From NCBI GenBank assembly GCA_036676985.1, contig JAKFBU010000074.1, positions 1-10,213 on the forward strand: a stretch of DNA of 10,213 nt, in the 5' to 3' direction. Source of the stretch: Candidatus Sericytochromatia bacterium (lineage in GTDB: Bacteria > Cyanobacteriota > Sericytochromatia > S15B-MN24 > UBA4093). Under the pieces are notes generated by a model. It ran no database searches. It saw nothing but the letters and a program-made list of their open reading frames with translations, and had not been told where the DNA came from. The stretch's first letter is position 1. Each line of letters begins with the position of its first letter. Positions 1-7,474 of this stretch are shown here, piece by piece. The position numbers and the translations under genes were made by a program.

Positions 1-123
1 CGCCACCTCGGAGATGGTGGCCTGGACCACGTACCGGGGGAAGGTGACCGTGCCGACGATGGGCGGCGTCTCGTCCTCGGCGCTGCCGAGAATGCCCTGG
101 GGCATGCAGGCCGCGAGCAACAG
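1..123. repeat. Terminal direct repeat, left copy (identical to 10091-10213)
   Basis: cgccacctcggagatggtgg...ggcatgcaggccgcgagcaacag is found at both 1-123 and 10091-10213, with no mismatch seen on base-by-base reading. Confidence 0.97.
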
Positions 124-186
124 GAGCAGCAGGCCTGCCGCTGAAAGCAGGAGCATGCGGTGCGGAAGCGTGAAGCGTCTCGTCAT
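1..186 (-). CDS. 5' part of G1 lipoprotein (signal peptide and start of N-terminal domain); continues through the terminal repeat into 9308-10213
   Basis: Not in the ORF track. ATG at 186-184 reads MTRRFTLPHRMLLLSAAGLLLLLLAACMPQGILGSAEDETPPIVGTVTFPRYVVQATISEVA: basic N-region, Leu-rich H-region and LAAC lipobox. The ATG overlaps the G7 TGA stop (ATGA, 183-186). GGAG at 195-198 lies 8 nt upstream. In frame with the 9308-10210 ORF across the repeat. Confidence 0.88.
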   Translation of the reverse strand, partial: MTRRFTLPHRMLLLSAAGLLLLLLAACMPQGILGSAEDETPPIVGTVTFPRYVVQATISEVA

Positions 187-1646
187 AGGGCCGTCTCCCC
201 TCCGACCGCAGCGGCCGGCTCGGGCGACAGGTACTGGCGCAGCGAGACATCGTCCCAGTAGGCGTTGGATTGGTAGGACGAGTTCATGCCGCCCCGGATC
301 ATGAGGCCGTTGTACGCCTGGGTATCCGCCGCAGTGCCGATTTGAACCCCGTCGACGAGGTAGGTCGTGGTGCCGTTGTAGCGACGGAACTCGTAGCGGT
401 GCCAGCCCGCCGTGCGGGCGACCGTGGTGTTCAACCAGCCACTACCGGTCGGACGGTAATGGAAGTTGGACCCGGCCACGGCCGTGTAGACGCCGATGAC
501 GCTCGTTCCCCAGTCGCCGACGATCGGCCCGATCCAGTCGTTGCGGGTGGTGTCCAGGTCGTCCTTGAACCAGGCATCCAGCGCGAAGTTGGTCGGGATC
601 GTCAGGTACCGTGCGAGGTCACGCGAGTAGTCGCTGGTGTTGGTATTGATGTTCAGGGCGTTGCCGGTCCGGCCCTGGCCGGCCGCCGCCGCGATCGTCG
701 ACAGGCCGCGGACGGTTTGCCAGCCCTGGTGGTGAATGTCCGCCGTCTGGTACTCGAAGCCGTCGAATAGGTCGTAGACCTGGGCGCGTTCGCTCGGGGC
801 GGCGATCGCCATGTTGTTGCCGTAGGTCACCAGGTAGTTGGCATCGGTGCCTGAGGCGGCGATCGCTCGCTGGAGCCGGAAGCGAATCTGGGAGTTCGTC
901 GTGTTGGGGCTCTCTACCTCTCGAAAGAGCTCCACGTACTTGTTGCCGTCCCAGTAGAGCACGTGGAGGTCGGCCATGTCCGCCCGCAGCTTGGCGCCCG
1001 TGACGAGCGACGAGGTGTTGAGGGCCAGGGTGGCGACGTACCCCGCGGGCGCCGCCAGGGTCGACGTGACGGTGATCGTGCGCCGATAACCCGCCATGAG
1101 CTGGGTGTTACCCGTCAGATTGCCGGCCGTGGGCCCCTGGGCCGTGCCATTGAGCGGCAGGATGCGCAACCCCGCGTTGACGTTATTCACGCCCGAGCCG
1201 ATCGCAAAGGATTGGGGAGGGTTGGTGAAGGGGTTCACGTTCCTGGGCTGACCGAGGGCCGGATCGCTCGAGGCCGGATCGAGCTGATTGGTGTAGGCGA
1301 GGCGAGCGCCCGAGCCGTTTCGCGCCTCGGCCTCCAGCGTGTAGCCGCCCCCTACGGGCAGGGAGTCCAGGGTCACGGTGTAGAGCGTCTGGCCTCCGAC
1401 CAGCGGAATGTTCGTCGAGCGGGGGACACCCAACAGGGCCGCGTTCGAGAGCATGGCGACGATGTTCGCGCTGCCGCCTGGGATGGTGGCCGTCTGATAA
1501 CCCGGCAGCGCCTCGGGCGGCACCCGCAGCGTCAGCTGGATGGTGCCCGTCTGCGCGGCGACTGCCCCCGGCGAGCCCGCGGGGCCCGGAGTGGGGTGGC
1601 ATCCGGCAAGGGCCAGTGCCGTCGACAGCAGGAGGGCCTGTCGCAT
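183..1646 (-). CDS. G7: lipoprotein (about 487 aa) with N-terminal Ig/transthyretin-like domain, DUF2341-like domain and C-terminal ConA/LamG-like beta-sandwich
   Basis: ATG at 1646 gives MRQALLLSTALALAGC (LAGC lipobox); the alternative GTG at 1658 adds 4 aa. YRRTITV...LNTSSLV..KLRADMADLHV...ELFREVE....IRFRL..AIAASGT..YLVTYGN (about 815-1088) matches the DUF2341 pattern as I recall it. DLFDGFE...GW...LDAWFKDD...GWHRYEF...YLVDGVQIG...YWDDVSLRQY..PEP is a typical lectin-like jelly-roll following DUF2341. Confidence 0.85.
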   Translation of the reverse strand: MRQALLLSTALALAGCHPTPGPAGSPGAVAAQTGTIQLTLRVPPEALPGYQTATIPGGSANIVAMLSNAALLGVPRSTNIPLVGGQTLYTVTLDSLPVGGGYTLEAEARNGSGARLAYTNQLDPASSDPALGQPRNVNPFTNPPQSFAIGSGVNNVNAGLRILPLNGTAQGPTAGNLTGNTQLMAGYRRTITVTSTLAAPAGYVATLALNTSSLVTGAKLRADMADLHVLYWDGNKYVELFREVESPNTTNSQIRFRLQRAIAASGTDANYLVTYGNNMAIAAPSERAQVYDLFDGFEYQTADIHHQGWQTVRGLSTIAAAAGQGRTGNALNINTNTSDYSRDLARYLTIPTNFALDAWFKDDLDTTRNDWIGPIVGDWGTSVIGVYTAVAGSNFHYRPTGSGWLNTTVARTAGWHRYEFRRYNGTTTYLVDGVQIGTAADTQAYNGLMIRGGMNSSYQSNAYWDDVSLRQYLSPEPAAAVGGETAL

Positions 1647-1659
1647 GGCGACCCACACG

Positions 1660-3612
1660 CTAGGGGGTGGCCTCCAGGCTGACGCCGTAGAGGCGGGGGG
1701 TCGTGTTGGCAGAGGCGCTCGGCCCCGTTCCGCCGCCTACCAGGGGGCCGGAGTTGGTGAGCATGGTCGAAGTGTCCGGCGCCAGCGTGGCACGGATCTG
1801 GATCCAGCGGTGGCGGTTGTGGACGGGGTTGGCCGCCGTTCCGCTCGCGGTGTAGTAGTCGCCCGCGCCGGTGGGACCGTACCAGGTGGCCGAGTTGAGA
1901 CCCGAACGATCGGTGGCCGAGCGCATCTGGAAGCGCACGGTCTGGCCGTTGACGGCGACGGTGTTGAAGTTGAGCCGGCCATAGAGGGGAGCGGCCGAAC
2001 CCATGTCCATGGGCTGAGAGGTCCAGGTGCCGCTCGACGGGAACACCCGGCCGGCCGTGCGATGAACGGTGCCGGTGGTGTAGTCGCCGAACCAGAACTT
2101 GTTGTTCACGACGTCGTAGGTGCCGTAGATCGGGTCGTCCGTTTGGGCTCCCGCATTGTAGAGCTGGGCGAAAGTGGTCTCGGCCTCGAGCTGACCGTCG
2201 GCCAGGCGGTAGCGGCGCATGCGGGCCGGGGTGTTCGGGTTCCACTCCATGGCAAAGACGTAGACGCCGTCCGAGAAGAAGCTGTCGGTGTAGTAGGACG
2301 TGCCGGCCAGGGGCGTGTTGCTGCCGTCCAGCTGGATCTGGCGCACCATCGCGAACGAGAGGGCCGGGTCGTAGACGCGCATGACGTGGCCGTTGTAGGG
2401 CGTCGTCGGCGCGGTTTCCTGGGCGCCCAGGGAGTTGATGCGGTACGAGCCGCTGTAGAGGTAGGTCCCGTCGGTGAAGAGCGTCGACCAGTCGCCCACG
2501 TCCGACAACCCCGAGTTGCGCCTGAGTACGGGGGCGCCCACGGTCACCGTGCTCAGGGCCCCCGTCGAGACGTTGATGCGCTCGACGGTCGTGCTACCGC
2601 CACCCTGGCCCATGTAGATCTGACCGCCGATGAAGGCCGCCGAGAGGGTGTCCGCGGGAATCGAGCCGTACGCCCCGGAGTTGAGACCGGCGGTCGTTCC
2701 TCCGAAGCCCGTTCCGACCTTGGAGAAGGCGACGCCCGAGCCGCCCCAGGGGCGAACATGCAGATAGACGCCGTCACAGGCTACCAAGCCCGAGACCGAC
2801 AGGCCCGTCGAATAAGAGAACTCCGAGCCCGTCTTCGGACGGGGCAGCCCGCCGCTCAACTGGACCGAGCCGTCCAGCATCAACCAGGTGCTGGAGAAGG
2901 TGCCGTTGTTCAGGTCGGGGCTCACGACCACGGCGCGATCCGACACCACCGAGAAGGTGGTTCCGTTGAGGCCGATGCGAGCGACCGGATCGAGATCGCG
3001 CCACAGGAGATCCGAGACCAGATCCCGGACGGCCTGCCAGTTGGCGTTGAGGGTGGCGTTGCCCGAGGTCACGGTGCTGCCCGAGACCACGCCCATGGTC
3101 TCCGCGAATCCGACGGCCGAGAGCTTGGCCTTGATGAGCGACACGGCTGTCGTCGTGGGGTTGATCGTGATGGTCGCGCCCCCCGTGCACGAGTTCCAGG
3201 CCGTGCCCGTCCACTGGAGGATGGTCCGCATGCGGACGGCGTTGCTCGCCGACGTGCTGCTCGAGAGCCCCTTTATGGCTTCGACCGTGTAGTAGGCGCC
3301 TGCAGCCGGCGTGAAACTACCGGTCACGTCCAGCGAAAAGGCACCCGCGGCGTCGGTGACCGTGGCCGCCACCGTCTGGCCCGCCGCGTCGATGATCGAG
3401 ACCGTGGCGCGGCTGACGACATCGCCGGTGGTCGCCGCGACCTGCCGCTCGCCGGGGAAGCTGACCTGGCCCTGAAGACGAGGAAAGACCTCGCGGGCGG
3501 ACACCTTCGCGGGACCCTGTGCCATCGGGGTGATGGGCAGCGCCTGACAGCCCAGGAGCAGGGCTCCCGAGGCCAGGGTGACTAGCGTTCCAATCCGCGA
3601 GCGCTGGCGCAT
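1660..3612 (-). CDS. G6: 650-aa lipoprotein, paralogue 3 (conserved N-terminal domain, DGxYLY beta-propeller, C-terminal beta-sandwich)
   Basis: MRQRSRIGTLVTLASGALLLGC (LLGC lipobox). AGGAGG at 3617-3622 overlaps the G5 stop. Aligns end to end with G4 and G5 (TDAAGAFSL, RTILQW, DPxARI, KVGTGFGGT, YTD, RRYRLxDG, ATWYGPT, TPRL). Confidence 0.92.
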   Translation of the reverse strand: MRQRSRIGTLVTLASGALLLGCQALPITPMAQGPAKVSAREVFPRLQGQVSFPGERQVAATTGDVVSRATVSIIDAAGQTVAATVTDAAGAFSLDVTGSFTPAAGAYYTVEAIKGLSSSTSASNAVRMRTILQWTGTAWNSCTGGATITINPTTTAVSLIKAKLSAVGFAETMGVVSGSTVTSGNATLNANWQAVRDLVSDLLWRDLDPVARIGLNGTTFSVVSDRAVVVSPDLNNGTFSSTWLMLDGSVQLSGGLPRPKTGSEFSYSTGLSVSGLVACDGVYLHVRPWGGSGVAFSKVGTGFGGTTAGLNSGAYGSIPADTLSAAFIGGQIYMGQGGGSTTVERINVSTGALSTVTVGAPVLRRNSGLSDVGDWSTLFTDGTYLYSGSYRINSLGAQETAPTTPYNGHVMRVYDPALSFAMVRQIQLDGSNTPLAGTSYYTDSFFSDGVYVFAMEWNPNTPARMRRYRLADGQLEAETTFAQLYNAGAQTDDPIYGTYDVVNNKFWFGDYTTGTVHRTAGRVFPSSGTWTSQPMDMGSAAPLYGRLNFNTVAVNGQTVRFQMRSATDRSGLNSATWYGPTGAGDYYTASGTAANPVHNRHRWIQIRATLAPDTSTMLTNSGPLVGGGTGPSASANTTPRLYGVSLEATP

Positions 3613-3620
3613 CGGACCTC

Positions 3621-5501
3621 CTAGGGCAAGACCTCGAGGCTCAGGCGGTTGAGCTTCGGGGTGGTGAGCAGGTCCTGCGACGTCATCGTCGCGCGTACCT
3701 GAAGGTAGCGGTTCTTGGCATGGACGGAGTTGAGGGCCGTCCCGCTCTCGATATAGGCATCGGTGGTACTGGTGGGGCCGTACCAGGTGGCCGTGCCGAG
3801 GCCTGCCAGGGTGGTGGCCGAGCGGATCTGGAAGCTCAGGCCGTCCGCCCCCTGGACGTCGCTCACCCAGGTCAGGCGACCGAAGAGGGGAGTGGCCGAA
3901 CCGGTGTCAAGCGTCCCCGACTGCCAGGTCCCCGTGGGGATGTAGGAGCCGCCGCGCAGGAGATGGATGTTCTCGTTGCTCAGGTTGCCCATCCAGAAGA
4001 CCTTGTTGTAGGGGTCCCACGTGCCGTTGAGGGGGTTGTTCGCAGGGGCGTTGTAGGCCTGGAAGCCGAACGTGTAGTCATGGATGCGCGGAAACGTCCA
4101 TTCGTCTTCCCGGGCGCCGTCCGAGAGCCGGTAGCGACGCATCTTGGGGGTCGGGTTGGCGTTGTTCCATTCCTGGAGCCAGAGGTAGGTTCCGTCGCAG
4201 TAGATGCCGTCCGTGTAGAACGAGTTGGTATCCATGGTGAACTGCCGCACGAGGCGGAAGCCCTGGCTCGGGTCGAGGACCTGGATGGTGTAGCCGCTGT
4301 AGACCACGTCGTTGATGCCGAACGAGGACGTATACATATACCGGCCGTCCGAGGTGATGAGGGGGCGACCGTTGACCGAGTTGTTGCCAGAGTAGTTGGT
4401 CAGCCGGACGGGCAGGTCGATGACGGAGCTGGCTCCCGTGGTGGTCGAGACCCGGTACAGCTGCGTGTTGGCGCCGTTCAGGGTGGAATAGACATACCCG
4501 TCGTGATAGGCCACGCTGATGCCGTAGGAGGGCGGGGCCGACCCCAGCATGCCGTAGTTGGCCCCCCTCACCGTGCCGTTGAAGCCCGTCCCGATCTTCT
4601 TCAGGGTGTGGTTGGTGTTGGAGTTGCCGCCGAACTCCCCCCAGGCCTTCACGTAGAGGTAGGTGCCGTCGCTGGTGATGGCGCCCACCGTGTTGGGAGC
4701 CACGTTCGCCGCCGCGAAGGTCTCGATCTCCGAGGCCGGATCGTTGGGAGCGGGCTTCGGTGGCCCGAGCACCAGTGCCCCCAGTTCGTCCAGCCGGGTC
4801 TCGGCGAAGGTGCCCGTCTGGAAGTTCTCGACGATGAGCGGCTGGGCCTTGTTGGGCATGGCCCGGTAGCTGCCGCTCACGAGCGAGATCCGGGCGAGCG
4901 GGTCCTGATCCTTGGCCAGCAAATCCCGCACCAGCGTGTTGAGGGCGCTCCAGTTGGCCGTGATCGTCCCGTTGCCCGAGGTGACGGTCGCTCCCGAGAC
5001 CGTCCCCAGCGTCACGGTCGGGGCGATGGTGCCCGAGTTGAGTCCCTGGATCACGCACACGGCCGTGGTTAGCGGGTTGACGACCACCGTCGTGCCCGAG
5101 GTGCTCGTCCAGCCGTTGGCCGTCCACTGGAGGATGGTGCGCAGCCGGGCCACGTCGCCGCCGGCCAGGTTGTTCCGCGTGCCCTTGTAGACGTCCAGGT
5201 AGAAGACGTCGCCCGCGGCCACGGCAAAGGACGCCCCGGGCAAGAGGCTGAAGGCACCCGCGGCGTCGGTGCGAGCGCTTGCGACCGTCTGGTTGGAGGC
5301 GTTGAGGAGGGTGACGGTGGCGAGGCTCGTGAGGTCTCCGGCGGCGATCTGGGTCCGGCGCTCGCCGAAGTCGGCCGTGCCCTGGAGGCGGTACTGCTCC
5401 TGCGCCTGCACGGATCCCGTCGGCGCGGACTGGGGAAGGACATGGCAGGCGGCGAGGGCCAGGGCCAGCGCCACCAGGCCCGCGTGGTGCAGGGACCTCA
5501 T
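3621..5501 (-). CDS. G5: 626-aa lipoprotein, paralogue 2 (conserved N-terminal domain, DGxYLY beta-propeller, C-terminal beta-sandwich)
   Basis: MRSLHHAGLVALALALAAC (LAAC lipobox). ATGA overlap with the G4 stop at 5498-5501. GGAGG at 5509-5513. Clear paralogy with G4 and G6. Confidence 0.92.
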   Translation of the reverse strand: MRSLHHAGLVALALALAACHVLPQSAPTGSVQAQEQYRLQGTADFGERRTQIAAGDLTSLATVTLLNASNQTVASARTDAAGAFSLLPGASFAVAAGDVFYLDVYKGTRNNLAGGDVARLRTILQWTANGWTSTSGTTVVVNPLTTAVCVIQGLNSGTIAPTVTLGTVSGATVTSGNGTITANWSALNTLVRDLLAKDQDPLARISLVSGSYRAMPNKAQPLIVENFQTGTFAETRLDELGALVLGPPKPAPNDPASEIETFAAANVAPNTVGAITSDGTYLYVKAWGEFGGNSNTNHTLKKIGTGFNGTVRGANYGMLGSAPPSYGISVAYHDGYVYSTLNGANTQLYRVSTTTGASSVIDLPVRLTNYSGNNSVNGRPLITSDGRYMYTSSFGINDVVYSGYTIQVLDPSQGFRLVRQFTMDTNSFYTDGIYCDGTYLWLQEWNNANPTPKMRRYRLSDGAREDEWTFPRIHDYTFGFQAYNAPANNPLNGTWDPYNKVFWMGNLSNENIHLLRGGSYIPTGTWQSGTLDTGSATPLFGRLTWVSDVQGADGLSFQIRSATTLAGLGTATWYGPTSTTDAYIESGTALNSVHAKNRYLQVRATMTSQDLLTTPKLNRLSLEVLP

Positions 5502-7390
5502 GGCAACACCTCCACGCCCACGCTCTGGAGCTTGGGGGATTGCAGGGTGTCGGTGGTGGCCATGGTCGCCTGTACCTGGAGGTAGCGCTGCTTGAGGTGG
5601 ATGGGGTTGAGCAGCGTGCCCGAGGACGTGTAGGAGTCACCGGCCCCCGTGGGCCCGTACCACGTGGCTGCCGAGAGATCGGCGAGGGTGTTGGCGGACC
5701 GGACCTTGAAGGAGAGGGTGGTGCCCGCGGGCGTGGTCGCCGTCCAGGTGAGGCGGCCGTACTGGGCGGCCCCCGACTTGGAGTCCAGGGCGGCCGTGGT
5801 GTAGGTGCCGCCCGTGTGGTGGTTGCCGCCCCGCAGCAGGTGGATCTTGTCGCTGGTCAATTGGCCGAGCCAGATGACCTTGTTGACGGGATCCCACGAG
5901 CCGGAGATGGGGTCGTTGTCCGCCGCATTGTAGTTCGAGTTCGTGACGGACTGCGTGAAGGTGCCCTCGTACTCCCGGACGCCATCCGATAGGCGGTACC
6001 GACGAATGCGCGAGGCGCCGTTCTCGAGCCACTCGATCGGGTAGAGGTAGGTCCCGTCCGCGACGAATCCGTCGGTGTAGAAGGACGAGGTGTCCATGGT
6101 GAACTGGCGAACCAGGCTGAAGCCGTTCGCGGGGTTCAGGACCATCACGTGGAAGCCGTTGTACTCGGTGTTGGACCGGGCGTTGACGCCGAAGGCGAGG
6201 TTGTAGACGTAGGTGCCGTCGCAGGCGAAGAGCGTCGAGAGGCCGGGCGCGCCACGATAGCGCTCGAGGGTGGGCGAGGCCATGGTCACGGTCGTCATGA
6301 CGCCGGTCGCCGCGTCCACGCGGCAGAGCTCGTTCACCGTGCCGGTACTGGAGTAGATGCCGCCGTTCCAGTAAAAGGCCGTGATCGAGGGGGGAGTGGC
6401 AGGACCTACCGTGCCGTAGTTCTGCCCGCGGGTCGTGCCGTTGAAGCCCGTCCCGATCTTCTTGTAGACCTGAGCGTTGGCCGTGGTGTTGGCGTAATTG
6501 CTCCAGGCCTTCACGTAGAGGTAGGTGCCGTCGGTGGCCACGCATCCCGTGCCGTCGTTGGCCATGCCCGCCGCCTGGAAGTAGGCCGTCTCGGAAGACG
6601 CGTTGCGGGGCAGCGGCTTGGGACCCGCCAGCTGGAGGTAACCGGAACCGTCGAGGGCCGTATCCGTGAAGCTTCCGCCCTGGAAGCGCTCGATCTTCAC
6701 CACGGAGGCCGCGTCGGGGATGGCCGCGTAGCGGCCGCTAGAGAAGCCGATGCGCGCGACGGGGTCCTGGTCCTTGGTCAGGAGGTCGGTGACCAGCGTC
6801 GTGACGCTGCCGCCCACCTGGGCGAAGGCCGGGACGGTGGAGTTGACGCTCGTACCCGTGACGGTGTTGAGCGTGTCCCGGGGTGAAAGGATACCGGAGT
6901 TGAGTACCTGGATGACGCAGACGGCCGTGGTCGCGGGGTTGATCAGGACCGGGGATCCGGAAACGCTGTTCCAGCCCGCTCCGCCCCATGCCACGATGGT
7001 GCGCAGGCGGACGACGTCCGAGCCGATGCCGGAGGTCGTGGCCGTCTTGTAGGCGTCCAGCACGAAGGTGTCGCCGACCGCGGGCACGAAGCCCGTGCCC
7101 GGGTCCAGCGAGAAGGCGCCGGCGGCATCGGTGCGTCCCACGGCGATCGCCTGGTTGCTCGAATTGTAGAGGGTAACGGTCGCTTGATTGACGACCCCGC
7201 CCGCGATCAACTGCACGGTGCGGTCGGGAAACTCGACCCGACCGGCCAACCGGAAGGCCGTTGAAGCGGGAGCCAACTGATCGCTGGAGGGCAGGGAGGG
7301 CGTTGCCGGGCTGCATGCAGCAGCGGTCCCCAGCAGCAGGGCTGCCAAGCCGTTTACAAGCGAACGATTGAAACGGTCGCAAATCGGCAT
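5498..7390 (-). CDS. G4: 630-aa lipoprotein, paralogue 1 (conserved N-terminal domain, DGxYLY beta-propeller, C-terminal beta-sandwich); probable first gene of the transcription unit
   Basis: MPICDRFNRSLVNGLAALLLGTAAAC (AAAC lipobox). Strong AAGGAGG at 7399-7405, 8 nt before the ATG. Follows the only substantial intergenic region. Paralogous with G5 and G6. Confidence 0.92.
   Translation of the reverse strand: MPICDRFNRSLVNGLAALLLGTAAACSPATPSLPSSDQLAPASTAFRLAGRVEFPDRTVQLIAGGVVNQATVTLYNSSNQAIAVGRTDAAGAFSLDPGTGFVPAVGDTFVLDAYKTATTSGIGSDVVRLRTIVAWGGAGWNSVSGSPVLINPATTAVCVIQVLNSGILSPRDTLNTVTGTSVNSTVPAFAQVGGSVTTLVTDLLTKDQDPVARIGFSSGRYAAIPDAASVVKIERFQGGSFTDTALDGSGYLQLAGPKPLPRNASSETAYFQAAGMANDGTGCVATDGTYLYVKAWSNYANTTANAQVYKKIGTGFNGTTRGQNYGTVGPATPPSITAFYWNGGIYSSTGTVNELCRVDAATGVMTTVTMASPTLERYRGAPGLSTLFACDGTYVYNLAFGVNARSNTEYNGFHVMVLNPANGFSLVRQFTMDTSSFYTDGFVADGTYLYPIEWLENGASRIRRYRLSDGVREYEGTFTQSVTNSNYNAADNDPISGSWDPVNKVIWLGQLTSDKIHLLRGGNHHTGGTYTTAALDSKSGAAQYGRLTWTATTPAGTTLSFKVRSANTLADLSAATWYGPTGAGDSYTSSGTLLNPIHLKQRYLQVQATMATTDTLQSPKLQSVGVEVLP
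6434..6533. repeat. Two perfect blocks shared by G4 and G5: 6434-6463 = 4572-4601 (30 bp) and 6503-6533 = 4641-4671 (31 bp)
   Basis: cgtgccgttgaagcccgtcccgatcttctt and ccaggccttcacgtagaggtaggtgccgtcg each occur in both genes, separated by 39 bp of divergent sequence in both copies. Confidence 0.85.
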
Positions 7391-7474
7391 CTCAAGAGCC
7401 TCCTTGCTCCTTGTTCCCGTGACCGAGCGTTGGATAACGGGGGGCCACCTTTGGTGTAAGACCCCACCGCGACC
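7391..7474 (-). promoter_or_regulatory. Only substantial intergenic region (84 bp); candidate promoter or leader for G4-G5-G6-G7-G1(-G2-G3)
   Basis: All other junctions are -4 to +13 nt. This gap is less GC-rich and holds a weak sigma70-like pair on the minus strand (CTTACA-N18-TATCCA), a CGTT-N4-AACG palindrome (7428-7439) and a tandem CAAGGAG x2 (7400-7413). The promoter elements are poor matches to consensus. Confidence 0.4.
7399..7405 (-). promoter_or_regulatory. Shine-Dalgarno site of G4 (AAGGAGG)
   Basis: Plus-strand cctcctt at 7399-7405, 8 nt upstream of the ATG at 7390. Confidence 0.85.

Noticed and set aside
1540-3585. Long plus-strand ORFs (1540-3585, 3720-5072, 8969-9958 and others) and alternative-frame minus-strand ORFs (such as 4078-5640, 5637-6545)
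   Set aside because: They overlap well-supported lipoprotein genes, have Arg/Gly/Pro/Val-rich non-protein-like composition, and are the expected shadow ORFs of high-GC3 coding sequence.
4572-6533. CRISPR-like reading of the 30/31-bp repeats with 39-bp spacers
   Set aside because: The two blocks differ from each other, occur only twice about 1.9 kb apart, and lie in frame within paralogous coding sequence. No cas genes are present.
183-7390. Diversity-generating retroelement acting on the lectin or propeller genes
   Set aside because: There is no reverse transcriptase, no non-coding template repeat and no repeat pair differing only at adenines within the window.
7335-7390. Lower-GC, rare-codon 5' end of G4
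   Set aside because: AT-richer first codons are common at the start of operon-leading genes and do not by themselves indicate foreign DNA.
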